Positions 36,511 to 45,520 of a stretch of 64,000 nucleotides of DNA are shown piece by piece. Each line of letters opens with the position of its first letter. The first letter of the stretch is position 1. The notes below the pieces were generated by a model, which ran no database searches, was not told where the DNA came from, and was given only the letters and a program-made list of their open reading frames with translations. Source of the stretch: Cloacimonetes bacterium UBA3541 (GTDB taxonomy: Bacteria > Cloacimonadota > Cloacimonadia > Cloacimonadales > Cloacimonadaceae); assembly GCA_002376725.1 (NCBI GenBank), contig DFOM01000059.1, positions 25,113 through 89,112 on the forward strand. The letters are read 5' to 3'. The position numbers were made by a program, and so were the translations under genes.

Positions 36511-37485
36511 TCACTGGAAAAGAGCAGGATTTTCCTCTATAAATACATCTCTCATATGGAAAAAGTTGTTTGTCCGGTTACTAAAAGAGGTTAAACTATA
36601 ATAACCGAAAGCACTAACCAAAAGAGAGCCCAAAGCATCTACAATTAAATCCTCCATTGTGTCCAACACGCCTAATCTAGTGTCAAAATAGCCATAGACA
36701 AGCTCTAAATTTCTCGCTTTTTGCATATTAGAACCTAAAATCACATCCACCCCATATTCAAAAAATTCCCAAGCCACACATATCATCATTGAAAAACAAA
36801 AAGCATAAAGAGCAATAAAAAATGGACTTAGTTTGTTATGTATATTGACATCTTTATTTTTAGTGTACACCATTAAGAAACCAGCATATCCCAGAAAGGG
36901 TGTAGAAATAAAATGTACGATGATATCCCACACACTGAATAAATAATAAAAATGCAAAACTTCACCACAAAACATTGAGGCAAAGATAAATAGATAGATA
37001 AAAATCATAAATTCAGGGGGAAAATAGACCTTCCCCTGCGAAGGAAGAACAAAAGTTAAAATCAAAAGAACTATCCCCAGCATTGAATTGGCAAAAATAT
37101 CCCAGGTTGAATTGAATATCGCTATTACCATAGCTATTATCGCAAAGGCAATAACCAGCAAACGAATAAAAGCCGGAACTTTGTTCTCCATATTCTTGGA
37201 TAATCTTGTAATAAAAATAAATATAGAAAGGGTAACCAATGACATCACAGTTTGAGCCCAATCTATACCTTCTGACTGGTAATAAACTTGCTTTATTGCA
37301 GCAGGAATCATATTCTCATCTAGATAAAGATGTTTGGTAATATGAAATAATGCCCCCAAAACAATAAAAAACACACAGATATACCAAATTATAGCTTCTG
37401 TTCTATCAATTCCAGTTTTTTTCTGATTAATCTGCTTGATTCCGCTTTTTTGCATATTTATTCTCTGCACTTCCTCTGTTTTCAT
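36511..37485 (-). CDS. Polytopic membrane protein (C-terminal half YjdF/DUF2238-like)
   Basis: About 8 hydrophobic segments. VAWEFFEYGVDVILG...LDTMEDLIVDALGSLL is reminiscent of DUF2238. Weak call. Confidence 0.4.
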   Translation of the reverse strand: MKTEEVQRINMQKSGIKQINQKKTGIDRTEAIIWYICVFFIVLGALFHITKHLYLDENMIPAAIKQVYYQSEGIDWAQTVMSLVTLSIFIFITRLSKNMENKVPAFIRLLVIAFAIIAMVIAIFNSTWDIFANSMLGIVLLILTFVLPSQGKVYFPPEFMIFIYLFIFASMFCGEVLHFYYLFSVWDIIVHFISTPFLGYAGFLMVYTKNKDVNIHNKLSPFFIALYAFCFSMMICVAWEFFEYGVDVILGSNMQKARNLELVYGYFDTRLGVLDTMEDLIVDALGSLLVSAFGYYSLTSFSNRTNNFFHMRDVFIEENPALFQ

Positions 37486-37560
37486 CTAATAAATTTTACT
37501 TTTCCTTTATTAAGCTTATATGTCAAGGGAATTATGCCCTCTCGCTTTAAAAAACCTTTT

Positions 37561-37980
37561 TCTCCTGCATTTTTTATCAGTTAGCCTCAAATCTCTTCCT
37601 TATATAATTATTTTTTAATTTCCTTTAAAATAATGCCTCTGCTCTTTTTAATCAAATAACCTTTTCTTTAGAATAATACCTCACCTCTTTTTAATCAATC
37701 AATTCAACCTTTTTTCTACCTTTGCCTGTTCTCTATCATTCCCTACCTACCTTTTAATTCCTCCTCCTATTCTATTTCTTTATCTCATCTATACCCTCTG
37801 ATTCTCTCTCTTATTTTATTTCTTCCTTTAATCTATAATCCCTATTTCCTTATCTTATTCTATTTCTTACTTTCTTATCCAGACAATAATATAACCTTAC
37901 ACCTTGATAACATATTTCTTATCAATTACATTTACCCCTAATCCTTAATTTTCTACCTACCCTTTCTTTTCACCATATTC
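37561..37980. repeat. G-depleted (plus strand) pyrimidine/A tract with degenerate 43-44-nt periodicity
   Basis: By hand count, 11 G in 420 nt. TATT(C/T)TATTTCTT occurs at 37768, 37812 and 37856 (exact 44-nt spacing). AATAAT(G/A)CCTC..CTCTTTTTAATCAA occurs at ~37630 and ~37673 (43 nt apart). Confidence 0.8.
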
Positions 37981-38201
37981 TCCCTTGGCTCTCTCCTGTC
38001 TCTTTCGCTTGTAAAGTGCTAAGAGACAGACAAGTAGGAGCCTGGAGACAAAATTAATGGTTTATTCTCTGAAAACAAATAAGATAGAAGATTGACTACA
38101 TAATTAAATGGGATACAAATTATTTACTACTATAATATAATTTAATTAACCGATTCAGTTCTATTTCGTGTTTTAATATTTTGACCTGGATTCAAGCACT
38201 G

Positions 38202-38678
38202 TTAAATTGTATTTTCTTGTTTTTTAATCAATTGATAAGTCTTTTCAATATTTTGTATGCTCTGGTAAATCTTTTTTATAGGTTTAAATTCTTTTATGGA
38301 GTAAGTATATATAATATCTTGAATTAAATCCTCTAATAAATTTAGAGAAAAAAGAGCATATCTGGTTTCTTCTAGAGGACTCTCTTTTAAAGATGACCTA
38401 TATGTTCCATCATTTTGATAGTATTTATCAATTATTTCACCTAATTGTTTAATTTTACCGATTAACTGATTAAGTTCATTTATTTTAAGTTCTATTTTAG
38501 AATACAGGAAATCTATACTATACATAATCTTAGCTATTTCATTTAAAGAAATTTCCTCTTTTATATAGCTTAAAAGATAAATTAACCATAAATTGGTATT
38601 ATGTGGCACTTTATTAAAATTATCCAATATGAAACATACTTCAAAAAAGCTTTCTAAATTATTAGGTATGATGTTCAT
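38202..38678 (-). CDS. Hypothetical protein; same reading frame as 38742-39338, separated by a single TAA
   Basis: The ORF is in frame with the upstream ORF. The 21 codons between the TAA (38744-38742) and the ATG (38678) are all sense codons (IDIYKDKLSALLEDVIDEDKI). Confidence 0.5.
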   Translation of the reverse strand: MNIIPNNLESFFEVCFILDNFNKVPHNTNLWLIYLLSYIKEEISLNEIAKIMYSIDFLYSKIELKINELNQLIGKIKQLGEIIDKYYQNDGTYRSSLKESPLEETRYALFSLNLLEDLIQDIIYTYSIKEFKPIKKIYQSIQNIEKTYQLIKKQENTI

Positions 38679-38741
38679 TATTTTATCTTCATCTATTACA
38701 TCTTCAAGAAGAGCAGAAAGTTTATCTTTATAAATATCAAT

Positions 38742-39338
38742 TTAATAATGCTGAAAATTAAGAATATAATTCTTTGCATCGATCTGTTTACATATTTGTT
38801 TTAACCCAGTATCATATTTTAATATTTCCTCAAATTTAGCCTTAGGCACCCTAAATGCAGAAGTTCTCCATGCTTCAACCATATCAATTTTGCTATTTTT
38901 AAAAATCCATTCTGTTTCAATAATAGCATATTTTCTTTGGGGTTTATAAATATAGATAACTGATTTATTCTTAATCGGTTCCAGACTTTTATCCTTATTT
39001 CTCCTGGCTACTTTTGAGACCTTAAAATCATAAAACTCAAGACCTTCTTTTTCTGCATATTGAAATTCAAATTCCTTTTTTTCTCCATTTATATCCGCTA
39101 CAAAATCAGGTTTACGAGAGATGCCTCCCTTTCGTAAGAACCATAAGAACTCATCTCCACCTGATTTATTAACTTTAATGGATTTATTTTTATATAACTC
39201 TTTCAATTTATTTTCAAGCCAGTCCATTATCTCTAATTCTGCTATCGCCTTCTTTTTCATATCCTTGCGATATTCTAAATAGGTTCTAGATTTTATATCA
39301 CTACTCTGGGCATAAACCGTTTTACTATCAATTGCCAT
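38742..39338 (-). CDS. Candidate restriction endonuclease partner of the adjacent methyltransferase (possibly truncated by a nonsense codon)
   Basis: Lies immediately downstream (8-nt gap) of the MTase on the same strand. RKPDFVADINGEKKEFEFQYAEK resembles a PD...ExE/ExK nuclease core. No other recognisable motif. Confidence 0.4.
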   Translation of the reverse strand: MAIDSKTVYAQSSDIKSRTYLEYRKDMKKKAIAELEIMDWLENKLKELYKNKSIKVNKSGGDEFLWFLRKGGISRKPDFVADINGEKKEFEFQYAEKEGLEFYDFKVSKVARRNKDKSLEPIKNKSVIYIYKPQRKYAIIETEWIFKNSKIDMVEAWRTSAFRVPKAKFEEILKYDTGLKQICKQIDAKNYILNFQHY

Positions 39339-39345
39339 AATATTA

Positions 39346-40440
39346 TTACCATATCTTAGATTGATAATTATTTAAACTCTCTATCGCCACTCCGGCAATT
39401 TCTGGATTAATTTCATATCCTATTCCATTTCTTTTTAGATCGGCAGCGGCTATAAGTGTTACTCCAGAACCAACAAAAGGATCAAGAATAGTTTCTCCAA
39501 TATAACTAAACGCCTTAATCAAACGATAAGGAAGTTCATAAGGAAAAGGTGCAATATGATTTCTATTATCACCACTAGCTTGTGGTTTCATAACCCAGAC
39601 ATCACTTTTCTTAATAGAGAGCCAGAATTCTTTATCTAACTTAGATTGTTCTTTTTGTTCTTTTGATAAATGAGCATATTTATTATAGCCCTTCTTTTCG
39701 GGTTTATCAAACTCTAAAATGAATTCATGCATATTATTTATTAAAATTCCACCGGGATAAGGATAAGTTCCAAAATGTGCTCTAACCGCATTAGTTTTTT
39801 GCCAGATTATATCCCTTTTAAATACAAAACCTATCTCTTCACATAAGTCAATGGTCTTTCCAGATAAATTCAATGTCTTGAATTTCCCATTATCCAAACG
39901 AATAGGAAGATTCATTATATTGATGAATAATTTTCTCCCAGGTTGTAAAACTCTATAACATTCTCGCCATACCAAACCTATTTTTTCAAACCATTCATCA
40001 ATATCGTGGATATTTCCAAGGTCATCAAGTATTGGTTCCTTAGAATACATCTTAGCATCAAAATAAGGAGGAGATGTTATTATTAAGTGAATGCTATTTT
40101 CTGTTAAATCGTACATATTCATAGCATTTTTTATGTAAATGGTCTGTTGTGTATTGTTTATTGCTATTGTCTCAACTTCAGGTAAATTTTCATTATCAAT
40201 TTGATTATGAGGTGTTGATATAAATTTTTTAAGCTCATTCAATTCAAATCGCATTTGACCACTAGTAGAAATTTTAGCAGAAATAATCTTTTGCTTTACC
40301 AGCCAATGTAACCTGTCCACTGTTGTTCCTAAATACTTAGCTGCTTCTATTGCAGAAAGATAGGAACGATTTTTATAATCTTTGGGTTCGCATTTTATGA
40401 TATCTTCTGAAGACATAATAAACTCTCTATAATTATTCAC
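39346..40440 (-). CDS. Beta-class N4-cytosine/N6-adenine DNA methyltransferase (SPPY) with N-terminal HTH
   Basis: HTH LSAIEAAKYLGTTVDRLHWLVKQKII. Motif IV LIITSPPYFDAKMY precedes motif I ILDPFVGSGVTLIAA (beta order). SPPY favours m4C. Confidence 0.85.
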   Translation of the reverse strand: MNNYREFIMSSEDIIKCEPKDYKNRSYLSAIEAAKYLGTTVDRLHWLVKQKIISAKISTSGQMRFELNELKKFISTPHNQIDNENLPEVETIAINNTQQTIYIKNAMNMYDLTENSIHLIITSPPYFDAKMYSKEPILDDLGNIHDIDEWFEKIGLVWRECYRVLQPGRKLFINIMNLPIRLDNGKFKTLNLSGKTIDLCEEIGFVFKRDIIWQKTNAVRAHFGTYPYPGGILINNMHEFILEFDKPEKKGYNKYAHLSKEQKEQSKLDKEFWLSIKKSDVWVMKPQASGDNRNHIAPFPYELPYRLIKAFSYIGETILDPFVGSGVTLIAAADLKRNGIGYEINPEIAGVAIESLNNYQSKIW

Positions 40441-41320
40441 TTTTTAAAGGTCTTTTACTGATTAGCTTAATTTACTTTCCTTCTATTTTAATTAAAATAC
40501 TATTTGCATTGCCTTATTACACTGTCAAGTGCAAATATCTGTTAACTTTTTGTAATAAATTATTATAAATATATAACAGCTTCTATTGAATGGATTATTC
40601 TAAAAACAATTATTTAATCACTCTAATTATTTAATATTAAGTTGTGTCCAGGATTGCGGTGTAAAAATCTAACAATTCATAATATTCTTTTAACATTCTA
40701 TAAAATTATCAAGAAAATTCTCATTATATTAGGAATCCGTTCATTTTGGGGCAAAAAGTATAGATAATTGTTGGGATTAGCACCAAAGACCTTCATAAGG
40801 ATGTTTTCATTGCCTTACAAAAGGAGCAAAACCTTCTTTAATTAGTTGAGACAGCTTATAATAGACAAAACCTTTAATCTTTTTATCTGTGTGTTTACCA
40901 GGGGATATTAAATAAGGGCATACCAAAAAAAAGATAGTCGTATACTTTGTCAGTGAATAGACAAAACACCTGGTCCGCAGAAATAATTGATTCATATTCT
41001 TCAAACGGAACTAAGAAATGTGCTGGATTTTAATTATTGCACCTATTAAGTAGTAGCAACATTTTAATTAATTAATAGAAGAACAGGATGTAAATGAATT
41101 AGGGCACTTCCCCATATAAGTTTGATTTTATCTTTGTCTATTATCTGTTTTTTCGTTACCTTAAAATAGCCAGGGTTATGATATCCCTATTTTTATTGTT
41201 TAAAATGAATCTCTCTTGAACTTCTCACTATTTTGAAAGGTGAAGAATCCTTAGATTTTATATAGTTGCTTGTTTAAAATATATAAACGGAAGTATTATT
41301 TCAGCTATCTTTTCATATGC

Positions 41321-41965
41321 TTACATATGTTCCAGAGTAACAAAGAAATCTCTTCCTATATTTTCTATGGTACAATGCCAGGATGGGATATTAGAAAAAA
41401 GTTCTTGTAATTGTTTTTCGTTATAAAGATATAAAGGACATTTTAATTTATAACGGATTTTTCGTTGCCAAGCCAAAAAACCCTTGTCTGAAGGAAAACT
41501 AAATAAGATTTTATCAGTAGCTAGTTTCAAAGTCTTCTCAATAACTTTATGCGGGTTTTCCATATAATCCATAACACCCATTAAAATCAGGTAGTTATAC
41601 TTAATATTCTCAGGTAAGACAAAAAAATCTGCAACTTCAAATTTACAAATATGTTCCACACCCGCTTTTATTGCTTCTTTTCTGGCTATATCTATCATTG
41701 AGGGAGCAAAATCAATGCCATAAACCAAAGAAGGTGAACCTTTAGCTAAAGATATTGCATACATTCCAGGACCACACCCTAGATCCAGAATTGTTTTCCC
41801 TTCCAGAGGCTTACAGGCTTCCATAGTTTTTTGGAACCGGATAAACATAGATTGCCGAAACCATCTATTTATAAAGCGCTGGATAAATCCATTCCCCTTT
41901 CCATAAATAGCATTAAAATTACGGGCATATTTATTAAAAAAGGATTCCGTTTTATTTTTTTGCAT
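41321..41965 (-). CDS. Class I SAM-dependent methyltransferase (small-molecule type)
   Basis: ILDLGCGPGMYAISLA motif I; 214 aa. Abuts the deacetylase gene with no gap. Confidence 0.75.
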   Translation of the reverse strand: MQKNKTESFFNKYARNFNAIYGKGNGFIQRFINRWFRQSMFIRFQKTMEACKPLEGKTILDLGCGPGMYAISLAKGSPSLVYGIDFAPSMIDIARKEAIKAGVEHICKFEVADFFVLPENIKYNYLILMGVMDYMENPHKVIEKTLKLATDKILFSFPSDKGFLAWQRKIRYKLKCPLYLYNEKQLQELFSNIPSWHCTIENIGRDFFVTLEHM

Positions 41966-42814
41966 TTAGCTATTCTTCATTTCCTTTAAATACTGACGAC
42001 AGGTAACAAATTCGCTACTGGAAAGAATTGCTTCCAGCTTAGGTTTGACCGTTTTCAAATTTACATAACATTTAAAATATGAAGTTTTATTCAAATTTAA
42101 ACGAGGATGTTGAGGTTCCATTTCTCGCGGATGAATATAATAAAGAGTAGGTATCCCTTTTTTAGCTAATTTCTTATGCATATACAAAATAACCCATTTC
42201 GGGAAAAATCTCAAATAACCGCCTCCAAAGAAACAAATTTCTTTACCTAATAACGATGCTACCGAGATGGGAAATTCACATATATTTCCCTTATCGGTTT
42301 TTATCCAGTACGGCTTTTTCTGTTCTATTTGATAACCACCATAATCGCGCTTTACAGGAAAAACTGAAGAATCGGCTATATAACCAGTTTCTGCCAGTGA
42401 TTCAAAAAACCAGGGTGTAGCTTCCGTTACAGAAAAACTGGGACTTCTAAAGGCAGTAATCTCTTCTGAACAAATATCTTCCAGTAAGCTTTTGGAGTTA
42501 TGAAAATCAGCTATTAATTCCTCTCTGCTCATATGAGCAATAACTTTATGAAACATTCCATGGGAAGCAATTTCATGACCTCTTTTCCGGGCTTCTTTCA
42601 CCAGATAAGGGTATTTTTTTGCTATGTAACCCAAAAAGAAACAGGTTGCTTTAACTTCATAAACATCAAGCAAATCCAGTAACCTTAAAAAACCACTTTC
42701 TGCAATACTCGGTAAGGAGTCCCATTCAGAAATTGGAGGTACTCCCCGGTCACTGACAATATGATAATAATCTTCCACATCTATTGTGAAGATAGATTTT
42801 GGATATTCATTCAT
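41966..42814 (-). CDS. Polysaccharide deacetylase family protein (DUF3473-type)
   Basis: IFTIDVEDYYH N-terminus, ATCFFLGYIAKKYP, HEIASHGMFH. Confidence 0.8.
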   Translation of the reverse strand: MNEYPKSIFTIDVEDYYHIVSDRGVPPISEWDSLPSIAESGFLRLLDLLDVYEVKATCFFLGYIAKKYPYLVKEARKRGHEIASHGMFHKVIAHMSREELIADFHNSKSLLEDICSEEITAFRSPSFSVTEATPWFFESLAETGYIADSSVFPVKRDYGGYQIEQKKPYWIKTDKGNICEFPISVASLLGKEICFFGGGYLRFFPKWVILYMHKKLAKKGIPTLYYIHPREMEPQHPRLNLNKTSYFKCYVNLKTVKPKLEAILSSSEFVTCRQYLKEMKNS

Positions 42815-43044
42815 ATTTTTTTTACCTGATTCTTACTAAGTTACGAAATCTTTTACATTAAAGTGTTATCTAAATGTCAATGAAAATTTTGTTCTTAGCC
42901 TACTACTTTCTTTTGATAATGGACACAATCAGCAATCTATATATTACCTTTCTTATTAAAGGATACAGCCTCCATACTTTTTATAATAGACTTTTTTAAC
43001 AACGGATTTATAAATAAGGTGTGGATTGAAAATAATAAATTTTC

Positions 43045-43073
43045 TTGACATAGCAAAGCTATTAAAGTATAAG
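43045..43073 (+). promoter_or_regulatory. Candidate sigma70 promoter for the 43115 methyltransferase/endonuclease pair
   Basis: TTGACA (43045-43050), a 17-nt spacer, then TATAAG (43068-43073), about 40 nt upstream of the ATG. Confidence 0.45.
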
Positions 43074-43114
43074 TAAAGTATAGGATAAAAGAATATATCA
43101 ATGAGAGATAAGAG

Positions 43115-44368
43115 ATGAATGAGCATAATAGTTTCCTTGAGAAGGTTAAGAATAATCAATATTATAATGATATGAATCTTGATCTATTTGTAGAAGAACA
43201 GCTTATCATCTCGGAAAAGTTATATCAGAATAAAACAAAAATAATAATAATTGAAGGAGAATTCTGGACATCCAAGCAAAGAAAAGCTAATAGCATTCAT
43301 GAAATCTCCTATAGAGCTTGTTTCAAACCTCAGTTACCATACTTTTTTATCAGTAATTTCACTCAAAAAGGTAATGTAGTTTATGACCCTTTTAGTGGTA
43401 GGGGGACTACAATTATTGAAGCTGCTTTGAATAATCGTCGCATAGTTGCTAACGATATTAATCCTCTGAGTAAAATACTGACTCAACCTCGCATTGAAAT
43501 TCCGCGATATTCAGAAATAAATGAAAGAATAGAAACTATTCCTTATTATAAGAATTTAAAATCAGATATAGATTTGAGTATGTTTTATCAGGAAGAAACC
43601 TTAAGCGAGATATTATCATTAAAAAATTATTTAATCAATAGATATGAATCTAATAAAGAGGACCACATTGATAGATGGATAAGAATGGTTGCTACAAATA
43701 GACTTACAGGTCATTCAACTAATTTCTTTTCAGTTTATACATTACCCCCTAATCAAGCCATATCACCTCAAAAGCAAAAGCAATTAAACGAGAATTTTAA
43801 TCGTTATCCGGTTTATAAAAACACCAAAAATATTATCTTAATAAAAACCCAAAGCTTGCTCCGAGATATAGATAATATAAAGAGAAGGACCCTGCATTCC
43901 GTTGCAAAAGAAGCTGTATTTTTAACAGAAGATGCTCGTAGTACACCTCAAATAGCAGATAATTCCATTTCATTGATTGTAACCTCACCTCCATTTCTTG
44001 ATGTAATTGATTATGCAAGTGATAATTGGTTAAGATGCTGGTTTAATAATATTAATACAGATGAAATCACAAAAAAAATTACCGTGACCAAATCATTAGA
44101 GGAATGGGAATCATTTATCTATGATACTTTTATAGAATTTAAAAGAATACTAAAGCCTGATGGAATGATAGCTTTTGAAGTTGGAGAGATTAAAAAAGGA
44201 AAGATCAAACTTGAAGATAATGTTATATCCATAGCACAGAAAGTTGGATTTAATATAGAAGCAGTAATGATCAATAAGCAAAAATTCACTAAAACAGCCA
44301 ATATATGGGGAGTTACTAATAATTTAAAAGGTGTTAATACTAATCGGATTGTTATTTTAAGAAAATAA
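43115..44368 (+). CDS. Alpha-class N4-cytosine/N6-adenine DNA methyltransferase (SPPF)
   Basis: Motif I VYDPFSGRGTTIIEAA sits about 190 aa upstream of motif IV LIVTSPPFLDVIDY. Confidence 0.85.
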   Translation: MNEHNSFLEKVKNNQYYNDMNLDLFVEEQLIISEKLYQNKTKIIIIEGEFWTSKQRKANSIHEISYRACFKPQLPYFFISNFTQKGNVVYDPFSGRGTTIIEAALNNRRIVANDINPLSKILTQPRIEIPRYSEINERIETIPYYKNLKSDIDLSMFYQEETLSEILSLKNYLINRYESNKEDHIDRWIRMVATNRLTGHSTNFFSVYTLPPNQAISPQKQKQLNENFNRYPVYKNTKNIILIKTQSLLRDIDNIKRRTLHSVAKEAVFLTEDARSTPQIADNSISLIVTSPPFLDVIDYASDNWLRCWFNNINTDEITKKITVTKSLEEWESFIYDTFIEFKRILKPDGMIAFEVGEIKKGKIKLEDNVISIAQKVGFNIEAVMINKQKFTKTANIWGVTNNLKGVNTNRIVILRK

Positions 44369-44424
44369 AACAGATAATATGATAGCATTTTGTCATAATA
44401 TCTATTTTTGGAGAAAAAATAGCT

Positions 44425-45090
44425 ATGGGAAACGATGAATATACCAGGAAACTTGAAATGGCAATTCAAGAATTCATAAGACCTCTAAAAAATTTACCTT
44501 TTCATTTAGTTATAAACATTTTATCTGGTTATGAAGTAGAGAAATTTAATCCAGATGATTCAAATCATAAAAAAACCTTAGAAGCTCTAAAAGCAATAGC
44601 TAGGCTTTCTTGCCAACTAATTAATAAAAAGGGAATAAAGAGAAAGAGAGCCAATGAAGTTGGTAATGATATAGAAAAGTATGTAATTCAAGCTTTCCGA
44701 AAATGCAATTACAAGGCAGATAAACCTTCTACATCCCAAGGAAAGAAAAAAAGTACCGGTTATCCTGACTTAGAGTTTTGCGTTCTTGATAATAAATGGC
44801 ATTATCTAGAGTGTAAAAGTTACAATATTAAAAATAAAGATACCTCTATGAGAACTTTCTATCTGTCACCTTCTAAGGATTTTAAGATAACTCATTCTGG
44901 AATTCATTTTATATTGTGTTTTGAAATATATCAAGACCATAGAGAAGATGATTTCAATGTCTATAAAACTAAAGGATGGAAAATATTAGATGCCTATAAC
45001 CTGGATATAGATTTGAAATATGAATTTAATTCAGATAATCGTAGACTTTATAAACCAGAATTGATACTTGCGGAAGAGAATATACAATAA
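44425..45090 (+). CDS. Candidate type II restriction endonuclease (PD-(D/E)xK)
   Basis: GYPDLEFCVLDNKWHYLECKSY gives PD-x14-E-C-K. Lies directly downstream of the SPPF methyltransferase. Confidence 0.55.
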   Translation: MGNDEYTRKLEMAIQEFIRPLKNLPFHLVINILSGYEVEKFNPDDSNHKKTLEALKAIARLSCQLINKKGIKRKRANEVGNDIEKYVIQAFRKCNYKADKPSTSQGKKKSTGYPDLEFCVLDNKWHYLECKSYNIKNKDTSMRTFYLSPSKDFKITHSGIHFILCFEIYQDHREDDFNVYKTKGWKILDAYNLDIDLKYEFNSDNRRLYKPELILAEENIQ

Positions 45091-45520
45091 TTTATTTCTT
45101 GGCACTACATAAATGCGGCAAAATTAGAAATTCAAATAAAGAACATTAAATCTATTTTAATTCTTTGTTTCAATGAAGATAGAGATTTAATAAGCAAATT
45201 AAGACTCATCAGAAGTTGTTCCATAAAATTTAAATTATAATTAAATAATAAATATCTTTTCAACCCTCAAAATATTAACCTCCAACTTTTATTTCAAATC
45301 TTTATGAAATCATAACAGCAAAAGGGAACAGGAGATTAACCTTATCTACATACAAATATCTACTCTCAAAGATAATATAGAAATAACTGGCTTTTTTTTA
45401 TTAATATTTTTATTATAAATTTTACAGCTTCTTCTCAATGAGTTTGCATTCACTTTCTTACCAAATTTGATTGACGGATAAAGAATTTTTTAAAAATATG
45501 ATTATTTATAGGAATAAAAT

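Noticed and set aside
40807-41004. 65-aa minus-strand ORF in the long spacer, possibly a transposase fragment
   Set aside because: No motif I can recognise, no RBS, and AT-rich context. The support is insufficient.
45098-45115. TGGCAC...TGC sigma54-like element downstream of the 44425 ORF
   Set aside because: GG to GC spacing is 12 nt rather than 10, and no gene follows at a suitable distance.
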